Below, piece by piece: positions 15,944 through 25,000 of a DNA stretch of 51,777 nucleotides. A program made the position numbers and the translations under genes. The stretch covers positions 1-51,777 of IMG/VR virus record IMGVR_UViG_3300020042_005180, one strand, 5' to 3'. Source of the stretch: a virus (taxonomy: Duplodnaviria; Caudoviricetes). Numbering within the stretch: the first letter of the stretch is position 1; every line of letters begins with the position of its first letter. Below the pieces are notes generated by a model. That model was not told the DNA's origin and searched no databases. It worked only from the letters and a program-made list of their open reading frames with translations.

Positions 15944-17188
15944 ATGGAACTAAGACCTTATCAAGTTGACATATCAAGGAGGGGGGCAGACATCATAGGC
16001 AGGTACAACATACTCTGCCTATCGATGGAGGTTAGGCTTGGGAAGACCTACACATCCATGGAGGTGTGTAGGCTATCTGGAGCTAAGAACGTGTTGTTCT
16101 TGACAAAGAAGAAGGCTATATCATCTATACAGTCTGACTACGATACCATGCAACCACCATTTGACATTACCATTACCAACTACGAGAGCATACATAAGGT
16201 CAAGCAAACTCATTACGACTTTATAATATGCGATGAGTCACACACCATGTCAGCGTTCCCTAAGCCAAGCCTAAGGGCAAAACAAGTTAAGCAACTGATA
16301 AGTTTAAACAACGGTTGCAGGTTGATACTAATGACTGGCACACTTACCCCAGAGTCTTACTCTCAGATATACCATCAGTTCTACGTACACCCAATGAATC
16401 CATTTAGGCAGTACATTAACTTCTATCGATGGGCAGATGACTACGTGCATAAGTTTCAGCGGAAGATCAATGGGCTGATGATAAATGAGTACTCAAAGGG
16501 TAACGAGACAAAGATAATGGGAGCCATATCTAACTACGTTATATCGTACACACAAAAGGAGGCTGGATTCAGCACTGACATTGACGAGGAGGTATTGTAC
16601 GTGGAGATGAGCGACAAGACAAAGATGATTGTGAAGAGACTGGAGCGTGACTTGGTTGTCGATGGATCAGACGAGGTTATACTTGGAGACACGCCAGTTA
16701 AGTTGATGCAGAAGTTACACCAGCTGTGGAGTGGCACCGTAAAGTTTGAGAGTGAGAACAGGATGGTTATAGACTACTCCAAGGCTGAGTTCATAAGGGA
16801 TAGATTCTCAGGCACTAAGATCGGTATCTTCTACAAGTTTAAGGCTGAGTTAGATGCATTAATGGAAACGTTTGGTCCAGACAACCTTACTACAGACCTA
16901 GATGAATTTAATGCAACAGACAAGTCGATAGCACTACAGATCGTATCTGGTCGTGAGGGCATAAGCCTTAAGAATGCTAAGTACCTGGTGTTCTACAACA
17001 TAGACTTTAGCGCAGTGTCTTACTGGCAGGCTAGGGATCGGATGACAACAATTGATCGGATGTACAACAAGGTGTACTGGATCTTTTCGAGGGGTGGGAT
17101 AGAAGACAAGATATACGGTGCTGTAAAGAGCAAGAAGAACTATACCTTGAATATATTTAAGAAAGACTATACTAATATTAACCTTTAA
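15944..17188 (+). CDS. SF2 (SNF2-like) helicase
   Basis: LRPYQ, LGKT, DESH, MTGT, GREGISL, QARDR. Confidence 0.9.
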   Translation: MELRPYQVDISRRGADIIGRYNILCLSMEVRLGKTYTSMEVCRLSGAKNVLFLTKKKAISSIQSDYDTMQPPFDITITNYESIHKVKQTHYDFIICDESHTMSAFPKPSLRAKQVKQLISLNNGCRLILMTGTLTPESYSQIYHQFYVHPMNPFRQYINFYRWADDYVHKFQRKINGLMINEYSKGNETKIMGAISNYVISYTQKEAGFSTDIDEEVLYVEMSDKTKMIVKRLERDLVVDGSDEVILGDTPVKLMQKLHQLWSGTVKFESENRMVIDYSKAEFIRDRFSGTKIGIFYKFKAELDALMETFGPDNLTTDLDEFNATDKSIALQIVSGREGISLKNAKYLVFYNIDFSAVSYWQARDRMTTIDRMYNKVYWIFSRGGIEDKIYGAVKSKKNYTLNIFKKDYTNINL

Positions 17189-17198
17189 AAAAAACAAA

Positions 17199-17528
17199 AT
17201 GGATTTAGGAGATTTAATAATTGATAAACAAAAGGCAGAGCTGTACTATGAGATTGACAGTGTTGAGTTTCATCTTGAGATTGGATGGGAATTTGAATGT
17301 TTTAATGAAGACCCAGACGACAAGAGGATATATGTGTACTTAGAAAATGGATACCAGTGGGTTAATGGGTTCCAGCATCCTTACTACTCAAGTGTTGAGG
17401 AGATTAAAGAAATAAAAAAAGCTATCGAGGAGGTTGTGTTTGAAGACCCATCTAGATATGGGATCGATGAATGGCTTGAAATAGAAAAAGATTTTTATAG
17501 TGAACGAATAAATATGAACGAACAATAA
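17199..17528 (+). CDS. Hypothetical acidic protein
   Basis: 109 aa, A-rich leader. Confidence 0.75.
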   Translation: MDLGDLIIDKQKAELYYEIDSVEFHLEIGWEFECFNEDPDDKRIYVYLENGYQWVNGFQHPYYSSVEEIKEIKKAIEEVVFEDPSRYGIDEWLEIEKDFYSERINMNEQ

Positions 17529-17640
17529 TTAAGTATAACTAGCCAAAACTACAAATTTAAAAGATATTTGGCGAAGTATAGATAACAAATTGATAAAGGA
17601 TAAGGGGTAAAAGTTTCCCCATTAATTAAATATAAATGAT

Positions 17641-17913
17641 ATGAAAGAAACAACAATAGAATGGTGGAAATTATTAATAGTATTTTTTTCTGCAATAGTA
17701 CTAGAAGCAAATAGCATAGCAGGCTTTAAATTTTTAATGGATGAGCACTGGATGGGTATGGTTATGATGGCAGGTATTAGTCCATTTCTTTGTCTACCAA
17801 TGAATCACTATACGATTGAGTGTAAAACATTAAAGCAAAGAGTATACATAGCCGCATCTTTTAGTATTGGCTTTGTAGTAGGAATTTTAACAATTAGACC
17901 TTTTTTTATATGA
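17641..17913 (+). CDS. Membrane protein (about 3 TM segments)
   Basis: 90 aa, hydrophobic. Confidence 0.75.
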   Translation: MKETTIEWWKLLIVFFSAIVLEANSIAGFKFLMDEHWMGMVMMAGISPFLCLPMNHYTIECKTLKQRVYIAASFSIGFVVGILTIRPFFI

Positions 17914-18344
17914 AACCTTTAAATCAAAATAATATGAGACAGATAGTATACAACTCAGTAAAATGTCTTGAGTGTAATAAAGTAATAGTAAGCAGGTACA
18001 GACACGACTATGTAATATGTGGGTGCCCCAATAGTGCCATGGTAGATGGAGGTAATGATTATGAAAGGTATGGTGCAATGGACATGGATAAGATCAAACT
18101 AAACTACATATATGCAGATGATGACTTTGAAATTGTTAGACAACATGCAGCAAGAGGTAGCCGTGGCAAAGATGGTAAGCAACCACTAACATGGGTGCCA
18201 CTACGAGAAATGTCAGATGACTACCTACAGGCAGTGCTTGAATATGGTGGTGCAGATTGGCACCTTGACATTATTAGAAAAGAAATTAAATATAGAGAAG
18301 ATGATAAACGATCCGATGGTGCAGTTGTTGATAAAGACCTTTGA
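17910..18344 (+). CDS. Phage Zn-finger protein
   Basis: CxxC...RHDYVxCxC...VDGG motif; the true start may be 17934. Confidence 0.8.
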   Translation: MKPLNQNNMRQIVYNSVKCLECNKVIVSRYRHDYVICGCPNSAMVDGGNDYERYGAMDMDKIKLNYIYADDDFEIVRQHAARGSRGKDGKQPLTWVPLREMSDDYLQAVLEYGGADWHLDIIRKEIKYREDDKRSDGAVVDKDL

Positions 18345-18561
18345 CCTAGAGGTACCAACTAAGTTAGTAATACAGATATCAAGGTATGCATTCGAAGACG
18401 GGTGCATTAAAATAAAAGAGGCAAAGGTGTTGGATAGTGACATGAATTTTATTAGATTTGCTGACTTAAGTAAGCTTACTAAGCACTTAGACAAGCACTA
18501 TTGCATATTCAATGACCGAGCAACAGATACAGGCAAAGATAATAAAGAAGCTGGAGGCTGA
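18301..18561 (+). CDS. Hypothetical protein
   Basis: MINDPMVQLL...; overlaps neighbours. Confidence 0.6.
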   Translation: MINDPMVQLLIKTFDLEVPTKLVIQISRYAFEDGCIKIKEAKVLDSDMNFIRFADLSKLTKHLDKHYCIFNDRATDTGKDNKEAGG

Positions 18562-18775
18562 TGGATATTATGTTATTAAGTTATCAATGACAAACAAGCC
18601 AGGGATACCTGATCTAATAGCGATACCAAAGAACTCTGACGTTGAGTTCATAGAGGTAAAGCGTGACGGCAAGAAGCCAAGACCACTACAAATTTATCGA
18701 ATTAAAGAACTTCATAATCATGGAATCAAGGCGTATATACAAGATGGGAACGGTAAAAGAGAAGTTGATACTTGA
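18512..18775 (+). CDS. VRR-NUC domain nuclease
   Basis: MTEQQIQ...GIPDL...FIEVK...PLQ. Confidence 0.9.
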   Translation: MTEQQIQAKIIKKLEADGYYVIKLSMTNKPGIPDLIAIPKNSDVEFIEVKRDGKKPRPLQIYRIKELHNHGIKAYIQDGNGKREVDT

Positions 18776-19076
18776 CAGTTACTATGAAATAAAGGACCTG
18801 ATCATGTCAGGATACACCATACGTCAGGCATCAAAAGAGTTAGGTATAAGTGTCATGTCAATACATGCGTTCTTCTCTTTAAAGAAGGGAGAAGCTGTGT
18901 TTGGGCACAAAGATGAGGCGTACTTTACCGAAGAAGAAATGTTAACAGAAAAAGATTATTCATTTAAAAATTTAAGCGATGACGAAAAAGAAATCTATAA
19001 GCAACGAGAAAAAGCTGGCCTGCTTGGTAGCCATTTTACCAGTAATGATGGACTTCATGGAGGATGTCAGGGATGA
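18744..19076 (+). CDS. Putative HTH protein
   Basis: GYTIRQASKELGIS HTH-like segment. Confidence 0.55.
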   Translation: MGTVKEKLILDSYYEIKDLIMSGYTIRQASKELGISVMSIHAFFSLKKGEAVFGHKDEAYFTEEEMLTEKDYSFKNLSDDEKEIYKQREKAGLLGSHFTSNDGLHGGCQG

Positions 19077-19260
19077 GTATCCACACCTGTACAATAGGCA
19101 GGTAAAGAAGGCAGGCAATGACTTTATTACAGAGGTAGACAAGATGGGAGACTTCCTGAACAAAAGAATTGCAAACGAATCAGACGAGGAGTTGATGGAG
19201 TTCTACACACAGGTAGTTAGTATGGGCACTATATTTAGGGAATGGTTGTCAGGCCTTTAA
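18979..19260 (+). CDS. Hypothetical protein
   Basis: 93 aa. Confidence 0.7.
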   Translation: MTKKKSISNEKKLACLVAILPVMMDFMEDVRDEYPHLYNRQVKKAGNDFITEVDKMGDFLNKRIANESDEELMEFYTQVVSMGTIFREWLSGL

Positions 19261-19496
19261 GAGCTGTATACTGTGCAGATATTAGCGTTACATTGCTACC
19301 TATATCTAGGTCAAGCAAGCTATCTAAGGTACACAGAACTGTTGAGAAACAGCCAATTACATTAGACGAAAACTTAAATCCAGTATTTATTAATACCATA
19401 GAAGATGTAGCAATGGTAAAAGATATAAAGAAATACACCATGACATATGAAATAAAAAATATATTTTTTTTATCTAATGTATCTTATAAGTATTAA
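19242..19496 (+). CDS. Hypothetical protein
   Basis: 84 aa, fills the gap on the local coding strand. Confidence 0.5.
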   Translation: MVVRPLRAVYCADISVTLLPISRSSKLSKVHRTVEKQPITLDENLNPVFINTIEDVAMVKDIKKYTMTYEIKNIFFLSNVSYKY

Positions 19497-19539
19497 TTTA
19501 TCTTTATATTTGCTGATCTTTATATTAAATATATAAATA

Positions 19540-19710
19540 ATGAGTATAGTAAATTATGTGAACAGCACAATGTCAGAGATAAATGAACTCACTGATAATA
19601 TTTACGAGTCTCTTATAGACGAGGATAACGCGGAATTAAGATCAAATATTTTAAATTTAATTAAAGTCCTAAAGGACCTCCACAAGACACATGAAAACTA
19701 TCTATTATGA
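19540..19710 (+). CDS. Small hypothetical protein (56 aa)
   Basis: MSIVNYVNSTMSEINELTDNIYESLID...; TATATTTG box at 19505-19512. Confidence 0.7.
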   Translation: MSIVNYVNSTMSEINELTDNIYESLIDEDNAELRSNILNLIKVLKDLHKTHENYLL

Positions 19711-20794
19711 CAGGGCTATTGAAATATATAATAGCGGTCAAACAAACAAGACAGAGATATCTAGACTGATATCTAAAGAGTTCAATGTTGAATACAATGA
19801 CCTACTAAGAAGAAATGTTTCTCGTTGTGTAAGCAATAGGGCACTATATACTGAATGTGATGATGTTGGTATTGATCCAGGGTCAGTAAATTATTATTGG
19901 TACAAGGGTAAACAGTTCTCAATAAACGCATCAAATAAGATAGACCTCAATCAATTTCAAAGTGACTTAATCCAAGAGGTAAAGACTTGGGCTCCTAACT
20001 ATAAGAAGATAAAGAGGGAGAAGATCAAGGACGGTCACTGCCTAGTGTTTGACCCAGCTGACATACACATAGGAAAGCTGTGCTCATCTTTTGAGACTGG
20101 TGAGGAGTACAACTCTCAGATAGCAGTTCAGAGGGTTAAGGAGGGACTGGCTGGCATATTGAATAAGTCTAGTGGATTTAATATCGACAAGATAATATTC
20201 ATCACTGGCAACGACATACTCCACATTGACAACCCAAAGAGAGGGACCACATCAGGCACGCCACAGGACACTGACGGCATGTGGTACGAGAACTTTGTAA
20301 CAGCAAAGAAGTTACTTGTAGACATAATTGAGACACTGTCTGCTATTGCAGACGTTGAGGTCGTGTATAACCCAAGCAACCATGACTTCATGTCTGGTTT
20401 TATGTTGTTGCAGTGTGTTGAGGCTTGGTTCATTAAATCAAAAAATGTCACCTTTAATAATGACATGAGCCACAGGAAGTACTCTGTGTATGGTGAGAAC
20501 TTAATCGGATCTACACACATGGATGGAGCTAAGATTGCTAACCTTCCACTACTTATGGCACATGAGTCTGGTGCGTCATGGCACGAGTGCAGGCACAGAT
20601 ATATTTATGGGCACCATGTTCACCATAAGACATCGAAAGATTTCTTGTCTGTAAATGTTGAAACTTTGCGCAGCCCCTCTGGCACTGATAGCTGGCACCA
20701 CCGTAACGGGTATCAGCATTCACCACAGGCTGTTGAGGCATTCATACACCACAAGGAGCACGGCCAGGTGGCCAGACTCACGCACCTATTTTAA
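19691..20794 (+). CDS. Calcineurin-like metallophosphoesterase
   Basis: DIHIG, GNDILH, SNHD, HMD, GHHVHH motifs. Confidence 0.88.
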   Translation: MKTIYYDRAIEIYNSGQTNKTEISRLISKEFNVEYNDLLRRNVSRCVSNRALYTECDDVGIDPGSVNYYWYKGKQFSINASNKIDLNQFQSDLIQEVKTWAPNYKKIKREKIKDGHCLVFDPADIHIGKLCSSFETGEEYNSQIAVQRVKEGLAGILNKSSGFNIDKIIFITGNDILHIDNPKRGTTSGTPQDTDGMWYENFVTAKKLLVDIIETLSAIADVEVVYNPSNHDFMSGFMLLQCVEAWFIKSKNVTFNNDMSHRKYSVYGENLIGSTHMDGAKIANLPLLMAHESGASWHECRHRYIYGHHVHHKTSKDFLSVNVETLRSPSGTDSWHHRNGYQHSPQAVEAFIHHKEHGQVARLTHLF

Positions 20795-20820
20795 TCACAA
20801 TCATAGGAAATGCGCTTAAT

Positions 20821-21040
20821 TGTCGAGTAAAACGCTTAAAAAACTTGACATTTTGTCGCAAATATAGGAGATACTTGCGACACAATTATGCCAAGATTTG
20901 TGACAAAATTTGCATGAATTTTTCCAGAATAAGGTTGGTATAAGGGTTGGTAATAAAGTTGGTTATAGTCAACATAATAGCTAAAATCATGTCATAATGT
21001 ATAATATAACTAACATATTAGCTACTTTTTGTAAACTATA
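20821..21040. repeat. Cluster of different short palindromes and a triple direct repeat at the transcription convergence point
   Basis: TGTCGAGT-N14-ACTTGACA; TGTCGCAAATAT-N5-ATACTTGCGACA; GTTGGT x3; nested TATAGT..TAGCTAA/TTAGCTA..ACTATA. Confidence 0.75.
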
Positions 21041-21047
21041 TTTTGCC

Positions 21048-21320
21048 TTAACAGTTCCATTTTTTTAATGCAAGGGTCTTTCTTGTAGGTTCTCCGTTTG
21101 GTTTTTTAGCAGGGCCTGGCATACCAGACATTCTAGCGCAAAAGCTTTTTCTTCTTTTTTCGTCTTTGCTTCCTGGTTTAATTTTAGATGGAGCAGTAGT
21201 TACTGCCATCTTAAGTTTACTTCCAGGGTTATCTGCCCTATAACTTGCTACACCTTTAGCATTTAATCCACCTTTGGGATTCTTACCTTCTTTCCTAGTC
21301 CAAGCTGCTGTCTTTGCCAT
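21048..21320 (-). CDS. Small basic protein (DUF6321-like)
   Basis: AWTRKEGKNPKGGLNAKG...RRKSFCARM...LKKWNC. Confidence 0.85.
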   Translation of the reverse strand: MAKTAAWTRKEGKNPKGGLNAKGVASYRADNPGSKLKMAVTTAPSKIKPGSKDEKRRKSFCARMSGMPGPAKKPNGEPTRKTLALKKWNC

Positions 21321-21325
21321 ATATT

Positions 21326-21841
21326 TTATATCCAATGTTTATTTTCTTCTTCCCACCAAAATGTTAAATCTTGAGTTTCATTGTCGTAGTACTCACCAAC
21401 AAATTCAGACTTAAATATTGAACTTTTATTTTCAAACAAAGCTAAGAAAAATACATCATTTTCTATGCCTAAATACTCCTTTAAAAAATTCAATAAAAAT
21501 GTATAGTTAGATCCTCTTATAACTCCTGCTTCAACAAATAGTATCTTCTTGTTTTCAAGTTTATAAGAATAAAGGTTAAATATTTGTTCTAGCTCAGACT
21601 TATGCCTTTCATCCCAAGACTCATCAGGGTAAGGAACATCTACACCAAAACCATCACAAATCTCTCCACTATAACTAAGTGCGTGACGCAACAATTGACC
21701 AACATTAGATGAGTAATCGGTAGATACTGTTACTACTACAGTATTGCTTGCATTAAAATTTTCTTTTAATAAATTAGATGCTAAGTCTAATGTTAATACA
21801 GTTTCTTTTTCTTGAGAAACATTATGTTCAACTCTCTTCAT
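21326..21841 (-). CDS. Divergent type I phosphoribosyltransferase-fold protein
   Basis: KKILFVEAGVIRGSNY resembles the PRPP loop, C-terminal FWWE; start reassigned to 21841, downstream of the TATCTTTG box at 21868-21875. Confidence 0.65.
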   Translation of the reverse strand: MKRVEHNVSQEKETVLTLDLASNLLKENFNASNTVVVTVSTDYSSNVGQLLRHALSYSGEICDGFGVDVPYPDESWDERHKSELEQIFNLYSYKLENKKILFVEAGVIRGSNYTFLLNFLKEYLGIENDVFFLALFENKSSIFKSEFVGEYYDNETQDLTFWWEEENKHWI

Positions 21842-21921
21842 CTGGTGTTTATTTAACTTTATATATGCAAAGATACAGTATATTTTTTTGTTATTAACTC
21901 TAAAAAAAGGTACATTTGTGT

Positions 21922-22092
21922 ATGGAAAATATAACACTAGAGGCTATGTGTGCCGCAGTCGAGGACTACATATATAAAAAGAAGAACGTAAGGGTTCGTA
22001 TTGAAATTTCTTACCATCCATTCTTTATACAGCGTCAAGTTGATATGCTACACTGGTGCTACAACTTCGCCCTCATGGACTTGACTATCTGA
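21922..22092 (+). CDS. Small protein (56 aa) on the strand opposite the late module
   Basis: MENITLEAMCAAVEDYIYKKKNVRVRIEI...; TACATTTG box at 21911-21918; 34-nt convergent overlap with the giant gene. Confidence 0.65.
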   Translation: MENITLEAMCAAVEDYIYKKKNVRVRIEISYHPFFIQRQVDMLHWCYNFALMDLTI

Positions 22093-25000
22093 TCGGCTGT
22101 CTTACCTGCCTTTATTTCAAGCAATGTCCTACCAGTTACCTCCCCTAATGTATTTAATAACTTAACATACTCTCTACCTTGAGCTAAGTTTAATCCACCT
22201 CCCCTGTTTACCCAGTTAATATCTTTAGATATATACTCATACTCCTTGTCAGACTTAATCATTCCCATCTCAAATTGAGACGGCTCACGTTTAAACTCTT
22301 TCTTAAAATCTTCATATTTAGTATACTCTGACTCAGACATGGCATTCTTTTTAACCATGTTCACAACCTTTGTAACTATTTGGTCTGACTCTTTTGGAAG
22401 TATACCCATCGCAAATAACGTAGAGAAGTAAAGAGTGTTCTTCATTAAGTCTTGCTCTACTGGTCTTATCTTCTTTATGGTTATATTTCCCTTGTATTCA
22501 TCCTCAAATTCTCCAGTAATAGCTAAGCTATAGTCATTATATATTTTTTTGTATAGATCTGATGCAATAGATATCATCCCTAATCCATGATTATCATCAT
22601 ACTTGCTTCCGACTTGATATAAGCTTTTTTGCTTTTCTTCTTGTCTGAACTTATCTTCCTGTTTTTTATCCATTGGATCTTCGTCCTTTAATGACCTTAT
22701 TTCGTTTTCCTGTTTAACTAGTTCATCTAATTCAGATTCATTGTATCCAGTAGTAAAAGAAAGTAACAGGTCGGTAGACATTGTAACATATCTATCTGTC
22801 ATCTGAATAGGTGAAATTATATCATTTATCATTGACTTAACAGGAAACTTTGTTGCGCTTTCTAACATCTTCTTGTCGTCCTCATCATCGTCATCATCGT
22901 CACCCAAAATTCCAAGAACGATTGCTTTAGCAACCTTATACAAGCCAATACCGATACCGACAGATATAGCCCTATACGCAACCATCTCCGCTACTGTAGC
23001 AGCTGCTGACTTATATGCAATTTTTCGGTCTTCATTACTAGTTGTCTTAGAACCTATGTTTATTATATCTGAATTTAATCTAGCCTTTTGATTTAATCCA
23101 AAGGAAGCAAATGGAAATAATATCTTCTTAGCCATCCTCTTCATACCATCTTCAGCAGTTAAGAATTCTCCACCAAGCATTGGGTCTGATATGTTTTGTT
23201 GCCTGTCAACCATTGACTGGGCATAGTTTAATGCATCTTGGTTTGGTTTATGATCAGCCCAGTCTATAGAACTCTCTCCCATATACTGTAGGTAGTATGA
23301 CTGGAATCCAGACCTAGCAATAAATACATCTGGCCTTGACAAGAAAAACTTTACATATAATTGTTGAACCTCTTGAATAGTTTTTAATGAGTCCTTGAAC
23401 TTAGTGCCCTTAGCTTCCATCCTTCTATCTATAGACTCTATAGTAGATAATGACTCAATACCTCTATTCGATATTGGCATACCAGTATTATTTAGCCACT
23501 CATTAAATTCAAGTGTAGCTATATTAAACTTACCTGTCATCATAGCTGTACTTATTGCGATTGGTACAGTTTGTTTTACAGACTGTAGTACACCACCTAG
23601 CGCCTTTCCAACACCAAGGCTTGCAGCAAAGTTAAGTACAGCATCTGCATCCTTATACAAATCTGAAGGAATAAATATCTTACCCTTAGCTCTCCTTATA
23701 TATATATTTACTCTTGTTTCAAGTAGTTCTCTATCTTTAGCAGTAGGTATTAATTTATTTAATAGATTTGAGTTTAAGAATCCATCAACCTGTCTTATAC
23801 CTGCTGCTGTGTTTATATCAACTAGTGCACCCTTCAACGAGTTTGAGTTATTTGAATCAAAGTCAAGGCTTACATATCTACCTACTTCCATAGTAGTAGG
23901 TCTAGTTGACTCCATTAAAACACCTGTCTTAGTCTTATCTATTACTTTATCCATACTGATTAAGAATGATGAATTACGTTCTAATAATTCTTTATCAATT
24001 GATTTTGTCTTAAGTATTTTAAATTGATCTGGGGTATAGTTAACATCACTTCCTAAATCATAGTTATATATAGACAAACTAACATCGTGAAGGTCTTTAT
24101 AGTGTTTAGACCACTGGTCAACCCACCAGTCAACTGCATCTCTATTTTCCTTTGATGCATTTGAGTTAATAACATCCATGTCCCCAGTGCTTACACCTAG
24201 CTTATCAAATACTTTTTGATAAACTTCTGCCATAGTTTTTTGAGATTTATCTCCATAGTTATTTAAAACATCAATACTTTGTGTTATTAAATTAACTCTT
24301 CTATTTGTCTCTGCCTTCATTTCTTCCAATGATCCAGTTACATTTCTCTTTAAGAATGACAGCATGCCCCTCTCGTATACATTTTCAGGGTTATGGAACG
24401 TCTTGCTATTCTTTATGAACTTTTCGTAGTACTCATTTATTATCTTATTGTGTAGATAGTTCGCCTTATTAACACCGTTAATAACAATATCAAGTCCCAT
24501 AGACTTCATCACACTTATCCCACTTTTAACTCCACTAAACATCCTCTCTATCATCAGTGAAAGAGGTGTAAACTCTTTTCCAAAGATCCTGCCTAGTCTA
24601 GGACTAAAGTAAAGCTTTAATGCCCTAGCAACTTTACCAGACTTTATCTGTTCTTTAAGACCAAGTTGCCCCTTGTATGCAGACAAAGCCCCCTCTAGCT
24701 TGCTAGTGATTCCGTTGTTGATAAAGTTATCCATCGCCTCTACAGCAAATATAGCATCCCTGATAGACATCTCTGACAGGTCAACCTTCAACAAATCTGA
24801 TATTATAGCCCTATCCTTTACTGTTATAGCTACCTGCTCTCCAGTGAATGGATTTTGATTAGTTTTTATAATGTCTGTAACTATTGATGCCAATGACTCA
24901 AACCTTTTTAGTAGGTAAGATCTAACATACCTTTCCTTTTCTTTGCTGTCCATCTTATACTCTGGATCCTTGATCGCATTTAAGATCTCTTGTATCTCCT

